Shown here: in pieces, positions 51,101-63,524 of the stretch
Layout: the number at the start of each line of letters is the position of its first letter
How positions within the stretch are numbered: the stretch's first letter is position 1
NCBI GenBank assembly: GCA_020137815.1
Contig: CM035356.1
Coordinates: forward strand, 2,170,001 to 2,234,000
Source of the DNA: Hormiphora californensis
Taxonomy: Eukaryota > Animalia > Ctenophora
Direction of reading: 5' to 3'
Length of the DNA: 64,000 nucleotides
Program-made: the position numbers and the translations under genes
Notes under the pieces: model-generated
The model's database searches: none
What the model saw: only the letters and a program-made list of their open reading frames with translations
What the model was told of the DNA's origin: nothing

Positions 51101-53404
51101 CTTCAATCCAGGTATATATGTTCATGTATGTAACAGGGGAATTTGGAAAATAAATTTACCTTGCGTTTTAATAACGGAAATTTAAAACGTGCTTTCCAGC
51201 ATATTTCATCTTGGAAAGCCACTTTATCAAATTTGTATTTAAAATGGGCCTCTGGTGCTTGCCAGCGCTATGATTCTAATAAGTGATTTTCACTGAAATG
51301 ATAGTTTTCGAATTTCGAGCTATCGCTCTATTCAAGTTCATCCACATTGTGTACAACTTATATGTTAAATGTAATTGGCATACATCGGGACTCCAGGCCC
51401 AAACTCAAGACACTCTCAAAGGCAGAACGTTACCTTGTTCCAGACTAAACCAAACTCAAGATACTCTCATTTCTCGAAGGCAAAACGTTACCTTGCTCCA
51501 GAACAAACAAAACTCTCAAAGGCAAATTGTAACCTTGTTCCAGACCAAACCAAACTCAAGAATCTCTCAAAGGCAAAACGTTACCTGATCCAGCTCAACA
51601 TAAACCTTAGAATTTGATTTAGGCTAGGAGTAGTGGGATACCCCTGTCGAGGCCGTGCGGCTCTCGCCGCTCGGTGTCGCCAGCGGTTGATCACGGTCTT
51701 CCTGGAGCGTCCGAAGTAACATGCTCTGCATAAACTGATTGGTGGGTGGCTTTGCTACGGCAGAGTGGTTGACGTGCCGGGGCGCCTAAGGCAGCGGATT
51801 ACGGGGGCCCGGATGAGACGCCCGTACCAGTCGCCCGTACCAGTCGCCCGTACATTTGCTTTGCGCATTACGTTTCACCACACTTTCACCACAACAAAAC
51901 ACATGCGTGTAACGCGCATGTACCTTATTTGTGGTGAAAGTGCGATGAAACGTAATGCGCAAAGCAAATGTACGGGCGACTAGTACGGGCGATCTATACG
52001 GGCGATCTATTCGAGCCCCCGTAATCCCCCGTGTTATAAGCGTGTTCGGTACGGCCTCTACTACTTTCGGGCAGGTCATCCTCCAGACGCAGCAATCACA
52101 AACAAACAAACAAAACCAGGTAAACACGTGAATTGTGATGCAGACAGTGAGTACTCATCTGCAGTAGACTAGGACCGACAACAAAGTTGTTATATACTTT
52201 CAGGTATTGGGAAATGTTGCAGGAGCATTTTTCAAATGTTTGAAAATGTATGTTACAACTGACCGCGACCGACCAAATGAAAAAAATTGTCGTATTGTGT
52301 CGGTACAGATTGTAAACGACGTAATTACTAATACTAACACTGTCATATTAATTTACCTACCCCGTATTGATCAACAAGGTCCTTGTACACATCGTAAGTG
52401 TTAATGTTGGCCTGTATTACGTCAGCCTCCATACTTGTTCGGTTGAGGAAGTTTACGTTGCAAATCGTTACTGCAAAACATGCATAAATTACCAGTGGAC
52501 CTTGTTGAGTACTCAACAGAGTGAATCACAGTAATAAAAATCGGCAAATTGTCAGTGATAGAGATTTGATGAATTCACCGATTAAAATGGGAGGACATAC
52601 TTGCAGGTAGGTAGTAATGGTCAGTGTAAGAGGTCTGGACAAGGGTATAGGATGGGTAGTTAAAGTAATCTGAGAGCAGGAGAAACGACATCCAAACAGT
52701 CACAACCAAACATACTATCCCTATCAGTGCCCAGAAAACCCTGTAGAGAGTAGGAAAAATGTTCATGTGCTGCCACGTTTGATATGAGTCTCATGATCAA
52801 TCAGAATAGCGGGGAGTAGTCTAACTGACAGGAACCGACCGAAACAAGTAAAAAACCAATCAGAACTCGTTATTTAGGTCACGTGACTGGTTATCAGCCA
52901 ATCAGGGACCAGTATTTCCTGATTCGGTCGGTTCCTACTAGTACTAACCGATCATCATACAAAACAACATATTGCTGTTGAAGTCGGTGACGTATTAGTA
53001 TTTAGTATGTTGGCAAATGGCAATACTGAGTTTATTAACTAACCGTCGAATGAAATGAGAGGAGACGTTGGTTACAGCTGTAATGAACCTGTTATCAACC
53101 TGTTCGACACTGAAACAAGTTATTTTAGCATACATTTAGCATTCATTTAGCTAACTCATTACACGGTCGCTTGTAGTGGGAAAACGGTAATGGAAAACTG
53201 AGATACAGTAAGACGACACGCAACCGTGGCCAATCAGGGCGCTAGTACGTGCTGAACACATGCACTTTTTGCCGCGCGTTATGCAACGTGCTCGTCTCCT
53301 TACTGTATTTCTATTACGGTAATACGACTACAAGCAGCACTGTAAATCTCGGTTGTTGACTAGCAATTTCGTAACTGTTATAACCCTAGCACTTACAACT
53401 TCAT
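45105..53404 (-). CDS. DEG/ENaC-family ion channel with an inserted PAN/Apple domain (5' end uncertain)
   Basis: In-phase minus-strand exons give TM1 RRVFWALIGIVCLVVTVW...YFNYP, LPA|ITICNVN, TEMGNCLEIN, GPVGGLNLVLD, EGFYISL...LVAPGTESYI, RLEHPWGTC, ECYEPCN...SSSTFPS, RQNLVKLHFY and TM2 AEFGGLTDLLVGISFFTLF. These are ENaC/ASIC landmarks in the correct order. Confidence 0.92.
47283..47548. mobile_element. TTAA-flanked MITE (AG...CT termini, Kolobok-like)
   Basis: ttaa|agtgcgatttttaataa ... ttattaaaaatcggact|ttaa. Confidence 0.6.
47895..47990. repeat. (AGAGAGACT-AG)n-type 10-bp tandem repeat
   Basis: gagagacta-containing 10-bp units repeated about 9 times. Confidence 0.85.
49071..51273 (+). 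CDS. Secreted/extracellular protein (IPWNLESTPL-type domain, 2-3 Sushi/CCP, C-type lectin) nested antisense in the ENaC intron; has a frameshift near 49460; 3' end uncertain
   Basis: Signal exon MFVLLLLLLFQ. CCP exons (C.GF...VEVLCLDGFTMNG...TCSDGVGNWSTEPPTC; CQAGGQWNPEPPSC). CTL exons (C.SYC....GQLPTI....EN, SWIG|L, WEWSDGT, WSPGEPS, GVWNDATC). Confidence 0.75.
51797..52026. mobile_element. ~230-bp foldback MITE
   Basis: gattacgggggc...gcccccgtaatc termini. Internal arms gtcgcccgtacatttgctttgcgcattacgtttca / tgaaacgtaatgcgcaaagcaaatgtacgggcgac. Confidence 0.75.
52829..52937 (+). mobile_element. ~110-bp hAT-like MITE carrying CCAAT-CACGTG-CCAAT, copy 1
   Basis: TIR aggaaccgaccgaa / ttcggtcggttcct. 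Inverted copy at 60194-60302. Confidence 0.8.
53163..53344. mobile_element. Degenerate MITE with imperfect inverted arms; related fragment near 13090-13145
   Basis: gcttgtagt / actacaagc and gatacagtaagacgac / gtctccttactgtatt. Confidence 0.45.
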
Positions 53405-54592
53405 GGTATGGCTTTTACGGAATCTGCCTCAATAAAATACACGATCTTTTCCCGGTAAGTTTTCCATCTGACTATGAAGTAAAATTAGCAAACCGACCAG
53501 AGAAAACAGATTGCCAATTCAAAACTAAAATGGTCCGATCATAGTACCTAACTTAGTACAGACACAACGGCAAAGCCCGAACAAAGACGAAGGGGACTCC
53601 CTGAGAAGAAGAAGATATGAAGTCGTTTTAGTCTAAACACACAAGAGACCGAGCAAACCATTATCGCCTGAGGGAAACACACATCCCCACACATCAAGAG
53701 AGAGGGAGAGCACCACATTATTGTGTATTGCTGGCGAACTTTGAGACCTTCCTACAGTACACAAAATAATGTTCACAAGCACCCTCGTTATAATGTGTAC
53801 ACGTGTGTGTTGGGGATTCTCTAATTGGGTCCACGAGAAAGAGCTAATGATACATTCAATATTGTATTCCCAATTCTGGTGAAATTGGAGGAATTGTAAA
53901 ACAGTGCTACTCAAATAGAAATCTTTCTTTCGGAAATGGTACTTCACATACTTCACATGTCAAGAGCAAAGACAGAACACAAAGACATATCGCGAGAGAA
54001 ATGGCTGTGTAGAGCATCTAAACCACTGCTTACGTCAAATGTACACGCCCGTAGTGTACACATGAGCTCTCACGTACAGATCGAGCTTTATGTTAATGGC
54101 GGTCTATGAAGAAAGTAAGTGAAACTTTACCATGGTTACCATGACAGTGTAACACAAACAATTCATAGTCCTACTGAGCAGGCGGGAAAGAACAACTTTA
54201 CTAATTTAGTTCCCATGGGCTAAACACTGATCTCGGATACGTAGGAGTAATATATTCATTGGTATATTCATTGTACCATCCTCCATAATGATTTCATAAT
54301 GATCAGTGATCAGTGATCGACCCATCCCAAGACCTAACGTTATGGGTGATCACTGATCTAGGAATAGGAGACATTCTGTGGATAGAGAATGGTGGCTGTT
54401 CTGTGCTGTATATTGGGAGCACCGAAACTGGGACATTGCATGTGTCATTTTTAAACGTATCCTTTCAATTTGTCTTTTTCTGCTTGATATTTGTACACAG
54501 AAAGGCACTCTGAAGTTTTTCAACTCGCAATCTATCACTTGACACAATCACGCCATCACCTTTCTCAGTTTGTCTGATCTATCTCTTTCTAC

Positions 54593-54712
<120 letters not shown>

Positions 54713-56042
54713 GGAAGTACCTGGTACAAAATAAACAGTGACCATGTTTGTTTTTCTCCCGCGACCCCCACCAATGATCTAAAGATGTAAATAGATTCCT
54801 CAAACACATCACAACCCATCGAGACAATCAATCTTTGTTTGTCTTCATTCCTTTAGCAAGGGCTGGTATTATAGTCTTAGGAGGGTCGTAATCATGATTG
54901 TCTGGATACGACCATTCTTTAGACACTTTTCACTCTTTTAGACCAGTCGACACTTATTGCTGGTTTTGGTTACACATGCATCAAAATTCGAAGCTTTAAT
55001 TATTTGTTATTGAATAAAGATAGATTTAGCATCTTTTTGGATCGGGGATCCGTTCACTACAGTCCATTGAATGACAGACGCATCTTCGTAACTAAATCAT
55101 TACATCCACACTCGGCAGTATCATATTACATGGAGGGCTCTGAACATCTCTTTTCTGAATGTGTAGTGTTCTTCTTTGACCTCTCTGTATCACAGTGTTT
55201 CTATCCTTTATTCCTTTACCGGCACTTTTGTTGGAAGGTCTAAACAAACAAAAGCTCCTAGTCCTACACATTACATTTTGTTTGCCTCGTTGAAATAGAC
55301 CAGCGTGAATGTGATATCAGTCTAATATGAAGTTCAAGACGTATTGGAAGTTGTTCAAATGCTGGAATGATTACGTAGGTATACGTTGTTTTCTCTTCGA
55401 TACAATATTTGGGGGTCTTACTCAACAATATATGATACACTGTCCCTCACTAGAAGATAGCACAAAGTTGCGGTCCATGTGCGAAGGACAGTGTATCTCT
55501 CTATGTCAATGTTTACCCTCCTATCCTGATTTGTTGTCGATTGATTTTAATTTTTGAATCGCATGAAATAAAGCCAATATGTTTAATAAAAACCTCTTTG
55601 ATTACAGCATTCAATTCTTCGAACCTCAAAAATTCACGGTACACAAGAGCGGCAAGCTATAAAGGGTAGATCAAAAACAAACACCCTGAGCTCTGGTCTA
55701 ACAATAACAATCGGCTGCACCCATTTTATCGTGTTAGTTTAGACTGCACGGATCTTACACTGTGCAAAATCATTTCTTGTATCTTCATTTAACGCCTTAT
55801 CAATTTTCAACCATGAAGGCTAAATTTTAGCCGCTAAAACATTGAATCGTCTTACCAAGTAAATCAAGTCACCGAACAAGCTCCTATTTCACAATCTAAA
55901 GCCCGATCAGCAATCAGCAATCCTCATGAAACTCTTCACAAATGAAACTCATTGGACCGATCTTTATTCTTTACACTATCTATCATCCAACTATAGGCTG
56001 CTGAGCTATTATAATCTCCCATTGTAGAAAATATTTTGCGTC

Positions 56043-57697
56043 ATGGGTGAGTGGAATCATGGACTTTTCGCCTGTTTCGATGACATGGCAACCTGTAAGT
56101 ATACAAGAATCCTTTTGATTCGGAGTTTCAGAGTTATATCATACCTATGTTTTCTGAGTTTTTTTGCAAAATGTTTGGCACCCTTTTCCCCGACAATACC
56201 CCCATTCACCAATCCCTCATGTCCGGGTTGCAGGTATCATCACCTACTTCATACCTTGTGTCACCTACGCCAACAACGCCCGAGAGAGTGACACCCTGAA
56301 CTGCTGTGTCGCTGCCATCATCTTCTTCATCCCCATTGCTAACATTCTCTTCTGGGTGAAGATGAGGAGTAACATCCGAGAGAAATATGGAATCGATGTG
56401 AGTGCCTTTGTATGACTAATAAATCGACAATCGTAGCGCGGGGGCTGGGTGAATTAGACGAAATTGTACGTCGTCCAGTAGTTACAATCAACAATCATTC
56501 AGCGGGTCTACTTTATATACAACTCGATCCCGCAGGATCCAATTCAAAACTACTAACTTGATCAGTTTTTACTAACCCCAAACCCACAACTAATAATCAC
56601 CTCTCCCCTCTGCAGGGAAATATGTTCATGGATTTCTGTACCATCATGCTCTGCCCTCTTTGTGCTCTCGTCCAAGAGGAACAGGTAATTAACATAATTA
56701 ATTGGGGGGTGCGACATGTTAATTTTGTTAACTTTGTTAATATTAACATCGAGAAAACAGGTGATTTATTAACAAAATTAACAAAAAGTTAACAAACGTT
56801 AACAAATGCCATTTTTGCCATCTAAATCCCTTTAGCACGTGTTTTTGGTATTTAACACTTGTTCTGCGAGCTAAGTTGTTCCTTCTGCACGATTTGCATA
56901 CCCCTACTACCTCTACTACGGCTTTTCTACAGCGATTTGTTCCATTGTGTAAATTTTAATAAAAACTGGCCAAACTAAACCGCAATTGAAGTCAAATGAC
57001 CCTAATCCACATTTTCCAACCCTAAAAACTAAATAAGACTCATGAATTTACCTTAAAACGAAAAATATCCCAAAAATAAATTTTTCTAAAAAAACACAAG
57101 GATTTGTAGCGAAGCAAATTTTCAATCTTTGACCAAAAAAATTGATTTTGGAAAAATTATACTTCTTTTTCCAACAGAAACGTTGTACATCATCTTCTTA
57201 AGTCCAAAGAATCGATTATCAATGAAAAATTACGTTAAAGTGAGATTTTATACCCTAAATTGAAATATTTTTAACTTTTGGATTTTTATCTATTTTGAGC
57301 CAAAAAATCTGTTTATCGGACTTTGGTTATCGGAAGAGGCCTTGTTAACGTAATATGTGTTAGATAAGTCATTAAACTATAAAATTAAACCAGTTAAAGT
57401 CGTATTATCAACCAATAAGAACAGTCTTTTAGCATTTGTTAATTTTGTTAATTTTGTTAATTAACGTTAATTAACAAAATCGAAAAAAAGAGGTGATTTA
57501 TTAACAATTAACATGTCGCCCCCCCCAATTAATTTAATTAATTACCCAATTTAATTAGCTCCCCAAGTTAAATTGTAAATTGTACAAACTGAAATTGCTG
57601 TCTCAAATCTTTTAAAATTTCAACTTATTCTAATCTCCATCTTCAGCAATTGGACTACAAATCGAACCGAAACGCTGCTCCAGTTATCCGACGATAG
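56043..57697 (+). CDS. PLAC8/cornifelin-family Cys-rich protein, 4 exons
   Basis: MGEWNHGLFACFDDMATC|..ITYFIPCVTY...MRSNIREKYGID|GNMFMDFCTIMLCPLCALVQEEQ|QLDYK...*, the canonical PLAC8 pattern. Confidence 0.92.
56704..57526. mobile_element. ~820-bp MITE in PLAC8 intron 3, AATT-flanked, poly-G/poly-C termini
   Basis: aatt|gggggg..gcgacatgttaatt ... aattaacatgtcgcccccccc|aatt, with subterminal TTGTTAA repeats. Confidence 0.75.
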
Positions 57698-58467
57698 ATG
57701 CAATAATAACAGAGATAGAACTAATTAAACAATGGGGTTGTTGTGACTTGTGGGGGAAATTTCATACTGACTTTGTAACGTCCATAATGAACAACTGCAG
57801 GCGAAAAAGAGAAAACTGTGAGACATTTGTTTTGGATAAGGGGATTGATATTCCAAGATTTTCTTAATCTTAATCTTATGTTTTGTGCTTAATTTGGAAA
57901 GTTTGTAAACAAATGAAGAGTTTTTACTTTTAGCTACCAATTTACAACATTTACTTACAACATTTACTTTTGTAAACTGCCATTTCATTTTCATACCCCA
58001 AACTGCAATTTAAAAAATTTAATGGACGTTGGACAAGGTCACTTATACTCACTATTCTCTATGAAGTTTCATTGAAACTTTCAATATCTGTGATTCACAG
58101 TGTGAAGGCATACCCTATAAACACTAAACATACCTTTCCTCAATGATCACCTTGAGCCAGTTGGAGAAACAGTTTCCGCTTCCGTTACAAACCCGCTACC
58201 GTTATATTGTGTATCAGGTTCCTTTAGCCAAACAAATAATTTATCTCCGGTTCATTTATTTCCTGAAAATAGAAATCATCTGTTGGCACTACAATTATGA
58301 TGATTATATTCGGCCGTGATAATGGAAGAGAGGGTGAAGCGGAAATAATGAATGCACGTGGGTATTCCTCAGAAAATTGATTTTCTAGATAAAAAGTGGC
58401 CGTGACGAACAGTTCAGTTTACCAATTCTCGTAATTAGAACTGTGGAAATGTGACGCACGTTCTAAA

Positions 58468-58625
58468 ACAGTCAACTCTCGATTTACCAGCTGATAATTA
58501 TGTACATACAAACTCACTGAATTGATTTACCGGACTCAAGTCTCAACCCCTTTTTCCTTGCCTAGATAGACCTTCTTTCTTTAAAACATAAAAACTTTTT
58601 CCAAGATTAATCGAGAGTTGACTGT
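58468..58625. mobile_element. Small MITE (CAGTCAACTCTCGAT termini)
   Basis: acagtcaactctcgatt ... aatcgagagttgactgt. Confidence 0.6.
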
Positions 58626-58847
58626 GAATTAAACGGGAAAAGCGAGATCTTCGGTGGTAAATAACGTCAAACAATGCTTGAGAAAAAGGAGTACAAAAAC
58701 AAAAATCAATAAAAAGTTACGCGAACTAGCCGTTTCTTTTATTGGTATTTCACACACACAGTGCACCACACATGCACACATAGCCACACAAAGTTGTCAT
58801 CTAAAAATCACACAAAGAAGTGAGTCTACTAATTTGGTCTCTCTCTC

Positions 58848-60109
58848 TCACGAATCGTCCGATGTTTCACAGCTATCCTCTAAGTCCATGGCCTCTCCCT
58901 CACTCCACTGATCTGATTCTTCTGATTGGTCCGCGACGGGTGATGACGTCACTACAGGATTGTTTGCGGAGGAGGATGACGGAGAGCGTGGGAAAAAGTG
59001 CTGCAATAACGAGTCCATATCGTCTGAATAACTTTCATCGAGATGCGAATGTACTGATTTTGTGATAGTAAAACACCGATCAATGAACCGTTCCAGCTCT
59101 GCATCTGATTTCCGGTGTTCCAGTTTATCACCCAGTTTCCTCCGTAACTGGGCCGCATACTCGCAGGAATCTGACCGGTCCGCTGGGGCTGGTAGGTCGA
59201 ACAATCTGAACTTCACATCCCTAGGTGGTGGGACATCATCTAGAAGGGGTGGTGGTGACTCCCCTGCACTCTGTTCGCTGGTGTTGCTGACCATGGAGAG
59301 TTGTCGGACGGGGGCGGTGGCTCGCCTCCTAACGGGGGAGCTTGTCTCACACCCACTATCCCCATCATCCGCTACACAATCCTCATGATTCACCATCAGG
59401 AAGTCCTCGTCTTCCTCTTCCTGGCTTTTCAGTCGGACACGAGTTAGTTCCACCTCTTTTTGCAGGGAACGGGTCCGGGAAATGAGGGAGGAACGGTCAC
59501 ATTTGGTTACCGAGCCAAATGTTTTTGGTCGTGGGAGGAGGGGCGGCGGTTGGGATTTTTTGATCCGTACATTCTTGTTGATGATTTCGGTGCATTTATT
59601 GCGGAGTTGAGCGAATCTGTTTAGTTGGTGGACTCGTGCTCGAACTCGGGGCTGTTCAGTTATTACCGTTAACTCCTGGAACAAGGATTTATTGACGTTA
59701 GATTTGATGAAACATTTCAAGAATTAAGTCACCAGGAGATTAAATAACTTTGCGGCCAGAATTAAACATTCCTTACCTCTGAATTGTCAGCAAAGTATAA
59801 CTCCTCCGATTCACTGTCTGATCTTTGGAGGGGGTGTGTATGGGATCTCTGCTGTAGACCTTGTTTTCGAGCCTTTACACCAGCTTGGAAAGCCTAGTAA
59901 AGATATTAGATTAGATGAAATTCTTAGAAACAATGCCAGGAATCAAACACATCTCAAAATGAACGAACACATACCTGGCACATTTGAATTGTTTTTACAG
60001 CGGACTTCAGATCATTTTGTTTCTTTATCTCACTCTCGAACTTCTCCACAAGACTGGCCACCCGGATTATCCGTTCCTCTTCAAAGTCCTCCTCATATTT
60101 GGCCATCAT
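58848..60109 (-). CDS. Hypothetical protein (~360 aa, 3 exons), low-complexity/disordered
   Basis: ATG at 60109 (MMAKYEEDFEEERII...). Phase-0 GT-AG joins near 59975/59893 and 59777/59676 lead into the 290-aa ORF. No recognisable domain. Confidence 0.65.
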
Positions 60110-60193
60110 GGTCTTGAGGGGGACACGTATAGTTTAGTAACCTCAATAAAAGAAAGTAATTTCAATAACAAGATTGTGGAATTAGAGCTGTTG

Positions 60194-60302
60194 TATGAAC
60201 CGACCGAATCAGGAAATACTGGTCCCTGATTGGCTGATAACCAGTCACGTGACCTAAATAACGAGTTCTGATTGGTTGTTTACTTGGTTCGGTCGGTTCC
60301 TG
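60194..60302 (-). mobile_element. ~110-bp hAT-like MITE, copy 2, with perfect 8-bp TSD
   Basis: AGCTGTTG at 60186-60193 and at 60303-60310 flanks the element. Confidence 0.85.
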
Positions 60303-60655
60303 AGCTGTTGTAGTTTGATGAGTAAGGGGTGAGTAACAACAAGTTGTTGTGGTGCCTGGTGGACTGAGATCAAGAACTAGAAGGGCAGCAAAGCTACAAT
60401 ATTATTCGTAGAAAATATAACAACATCAAGCTCTTAGTAGTATCGTTATCATACAACGCAGAAGCAAGTGGGCTTTTGTGTTTGTCAGTGAGATAGCAGT
60501 AATATGACCTTGAGAGAAAGAGGGAGAGAGAGGAGAGAGCTAGAGGGGAGAGACAGCCCATGGTCAAAGTCTAACTAAAAAGGTAGGTCCGCCATATTAT
60601 GTCAAGGCGAATGGGCTACATAATATTTATTTCTGTCAGGACAACCCAACTAGTA

Positions 60656-62283
60656 AGGGGATTTTAGTATATTTTTTCAGCAAAATTTTTAACAAGCTAA
60701 TTTCTTCACCAATAGGTCCGGATAGGTGTCTAGTATGACCAAAAAAAGTACACGATAATCGGAAGTGCGCATGCGCGCTGAGCGCGCAAGAAGTAAACAC
60801 ATGTAATTACATGTATTTCTAGCCTGGCTCTATCTCCAACCGTTTGGCCGCTATTTGGCTTTAAAGATGCTCAAAATCGGGCTTTTTACCGTTTTTTTGC
60901 TCATTTTGAGCATCTTTAAAGCCAAATAGCGGCCAAACGGTTGGAGATAGAGCTTAAAAGTCCGACGTCGACCCCCCATAACTTAGCTATTGCCTATAAA
61001 ATGGCACCAGTGAAAAGTCTCTAAATCATTCCTAAGTGGCTATAGCCATATAGCCAAAATACGGTTATGCGCATATCTAATTATCCAATTATCTAATTAA
61101 CCAGATGAGATAGAGACTTAATTCCAGCACCTACCCCCACTAATGCGAGGACGCTACACAATCTAGTGCCCTTGATTTTTTCTCTACTCGTCTCATAAGA
61201 TGGTTTTTGGGTTTTCGTGCCAGGCTAGAAATACATGTAATTACATGTGTTTACTTCTTGCGCGCTCAGTGCGCGTGCGCACTAGGGTGTGCTATTTCAA
61301 ATTTTTTTCGACTAGGCCATTCAGTATCTAGCTAATGTGAAACTATGGACAATTCTCTATCACATCAGCAAAACAGAATCGAGATAGTGTTTGTCAGTTA
61401 CGTTGGCATCGCGATTTAAAAAGTGTACTTTTTAACCGAAAAATGGTAAAAACAGGGAAATATGTGTGGTTTTCACCAGTTTTTGACTTGTTTTGTTCAA
61501 ACCTTTTTATTTTATTTTATAGGTCGAACAAGGCAATTTTTGACATGTTCTTGATATCAACTTTTTATGTTCAGGATCGTGTTCAGCACCTCGAAACTGA
61601 CAAGAATTGATATGCATCATTAAATGATGCTAAAGTTCATTTTTGACCTAAAAATGTTCATTTTTGACAAAAAATGTTCATTTTGGACATGTTCCTAAAT
61701 TTTGAGAGCTTTTTCATGAACGGGATCGTGTTCCGCAGGCCAAAATTAGTCGATTACAACCGAAATTTGCTTTCCACCAAGAAAAACTAAAAAAAATTAA
61801 AATTCGTCCCCACGATTCTGCAAGTTGGTAAAATTAGCAAGAAAAAAAGGGAGAAAAATTTTTATTTTTGTTCATAAAGTGGATATCTGAAGACTCAAAC
61901 TGAAAGTAACAGTTGTATAAGTTGTCACGAGACGATTTATATGTGTGTTTTGTTCGAAATCACGCCCTAAAACAGACTTTTTGAAATGAATATGCCCATA
62001 TATGGGCATAGCTCGTGCCAACGTAATTGGGCCATGGTAGAGCCAAAACTTTGTGATAAAATGTTTTAGAATGATCGTAGGAGCTCATTTAACCCGATAC
62101 CAAGTGAAATTTTGAATTAAATTAACCATTTGAAAAAATAGCACACCGCATAGCACTGCGCACTTCCGATTACCGTGTACTTTTTTTTGGTCATACTAGA
62201 CACCTATCCGGACCTATTGGTGAAGAAATTAGCTTGTTAAAAATTTTGCTGAAAACTTGGCCCTTTTTTTACTAAAATCCCCT
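60656..62283. mobile_element. Foldback element with ~170-bp inverted arms and an internal hairpin, interrupted by hAT-like MITE copy 3
   Basis: aggggattttagta / tactaaaatcccct termini. The arms match once 61283-~62156 is removed. Internal ~50-bp inverted repeat at 60827-60953. Confidence 0.75.
61283..62147. mobile_element. hAT-like MITE copy 3 (right TIR missing terminal CTA)
   Basis: Matches copy 1 along its length. Flanks gtgcgcac / ctgcgcac. Confidence 0.88.
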
Positions 62284-62307
62284 AACTAAACTGTGCATCA
62301 GATTTAG

Positions 62308-62482
62308 TACAGTCGGACCCCGATTTAGGGACACCCTCGGGGGAAAGGCTCTTGTCCACTAAATCGGGGTGTCCACTAAATCGGGGTCAAATAAGGTTAA
62401 TTTCCTATATTGGGGGGAAAAATCCTGTCCCTAAATCGGGGTGCCACTAAATCGGGGGGCCCTAAATCGGGGTCCGACTGTA
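62308..62482. mobile_element. CAGTCGGACC-family MITE
   Basis: ta|cagtcggaccccgatttagg ... cctaaatcggggtccgactg|ta. Confidence 0.8.
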
Positions 62483-62804
62483 CTCTGCACTGATTTTCTA
62501 AAATACAGCAAGGACTGAACTGCACTCTGCAGGTCTCGCCTGAGCTGCAGCACTACTACCCGCCTATCACCAACCACCACTCTTTAACTGGCGATGACAC
62601 ACGCTCAGTAAACATACTCAGTACCTACAGATATAGAAAACCAAACCAGCTTGTAGCAAGCAATGGCAGTATTATTTGTCATCTAAATAAAATTGGGTCT
62701 CGACTAAAGGCTGTTAGATTGCTAAGAGAAATTAGAAAGAGAGCATTGGTTAGTAACCATTGGTTACTGTCAATTTAGGTGAAAAAAGATAGTGAGCGAG
62801 ATAG

Positions 62805-62868
<64 letters not shown>

Positions 62869-62881
62869 AGAGAGAGAAAGA

Positions 62882-62940
<59 letters not shown>

Positions 62941-63353
62941 GGAAGTGTGGCTTGTCAAACTGGATTACTAGCGAAAAGTAACACGATTTAGTGAGGGGAG
63001 TGATCTCTCTCTTCACCCGTTCAGGAAACACATGTGGTATGAAATTAACCAGAATCAACGTTATATGATTTGGGATTAACCAACATCAATGTAACAACAA
63101 AAAACTAACAGGGGTAACTGGATATATAACAAATTGTATCAAAATTTCATGGTTGGTACCAAGGTAGGTCGATATCAAACAGGTTTATATTCATTCGACT
63201 TAAATTCTAAAATTTAGACAGTAAACTAAAACTGATAAAAAGACAAATAAAACCGCTTGAAGTGAAGTGCACGAAAAAAAGTGTTATTGCTTTGAGTTCA
63301 CGAGGCACCTCGTGAAAGAATACATGTAGGAGCTGGAGAGTGAGAAAGAGAGT

Positions 63354-63457
<104 letters not shown>

Positions 63458-63470
63458 TAGAAGAGAGTGA

Positions 63471-63524
<54 letters not shown>

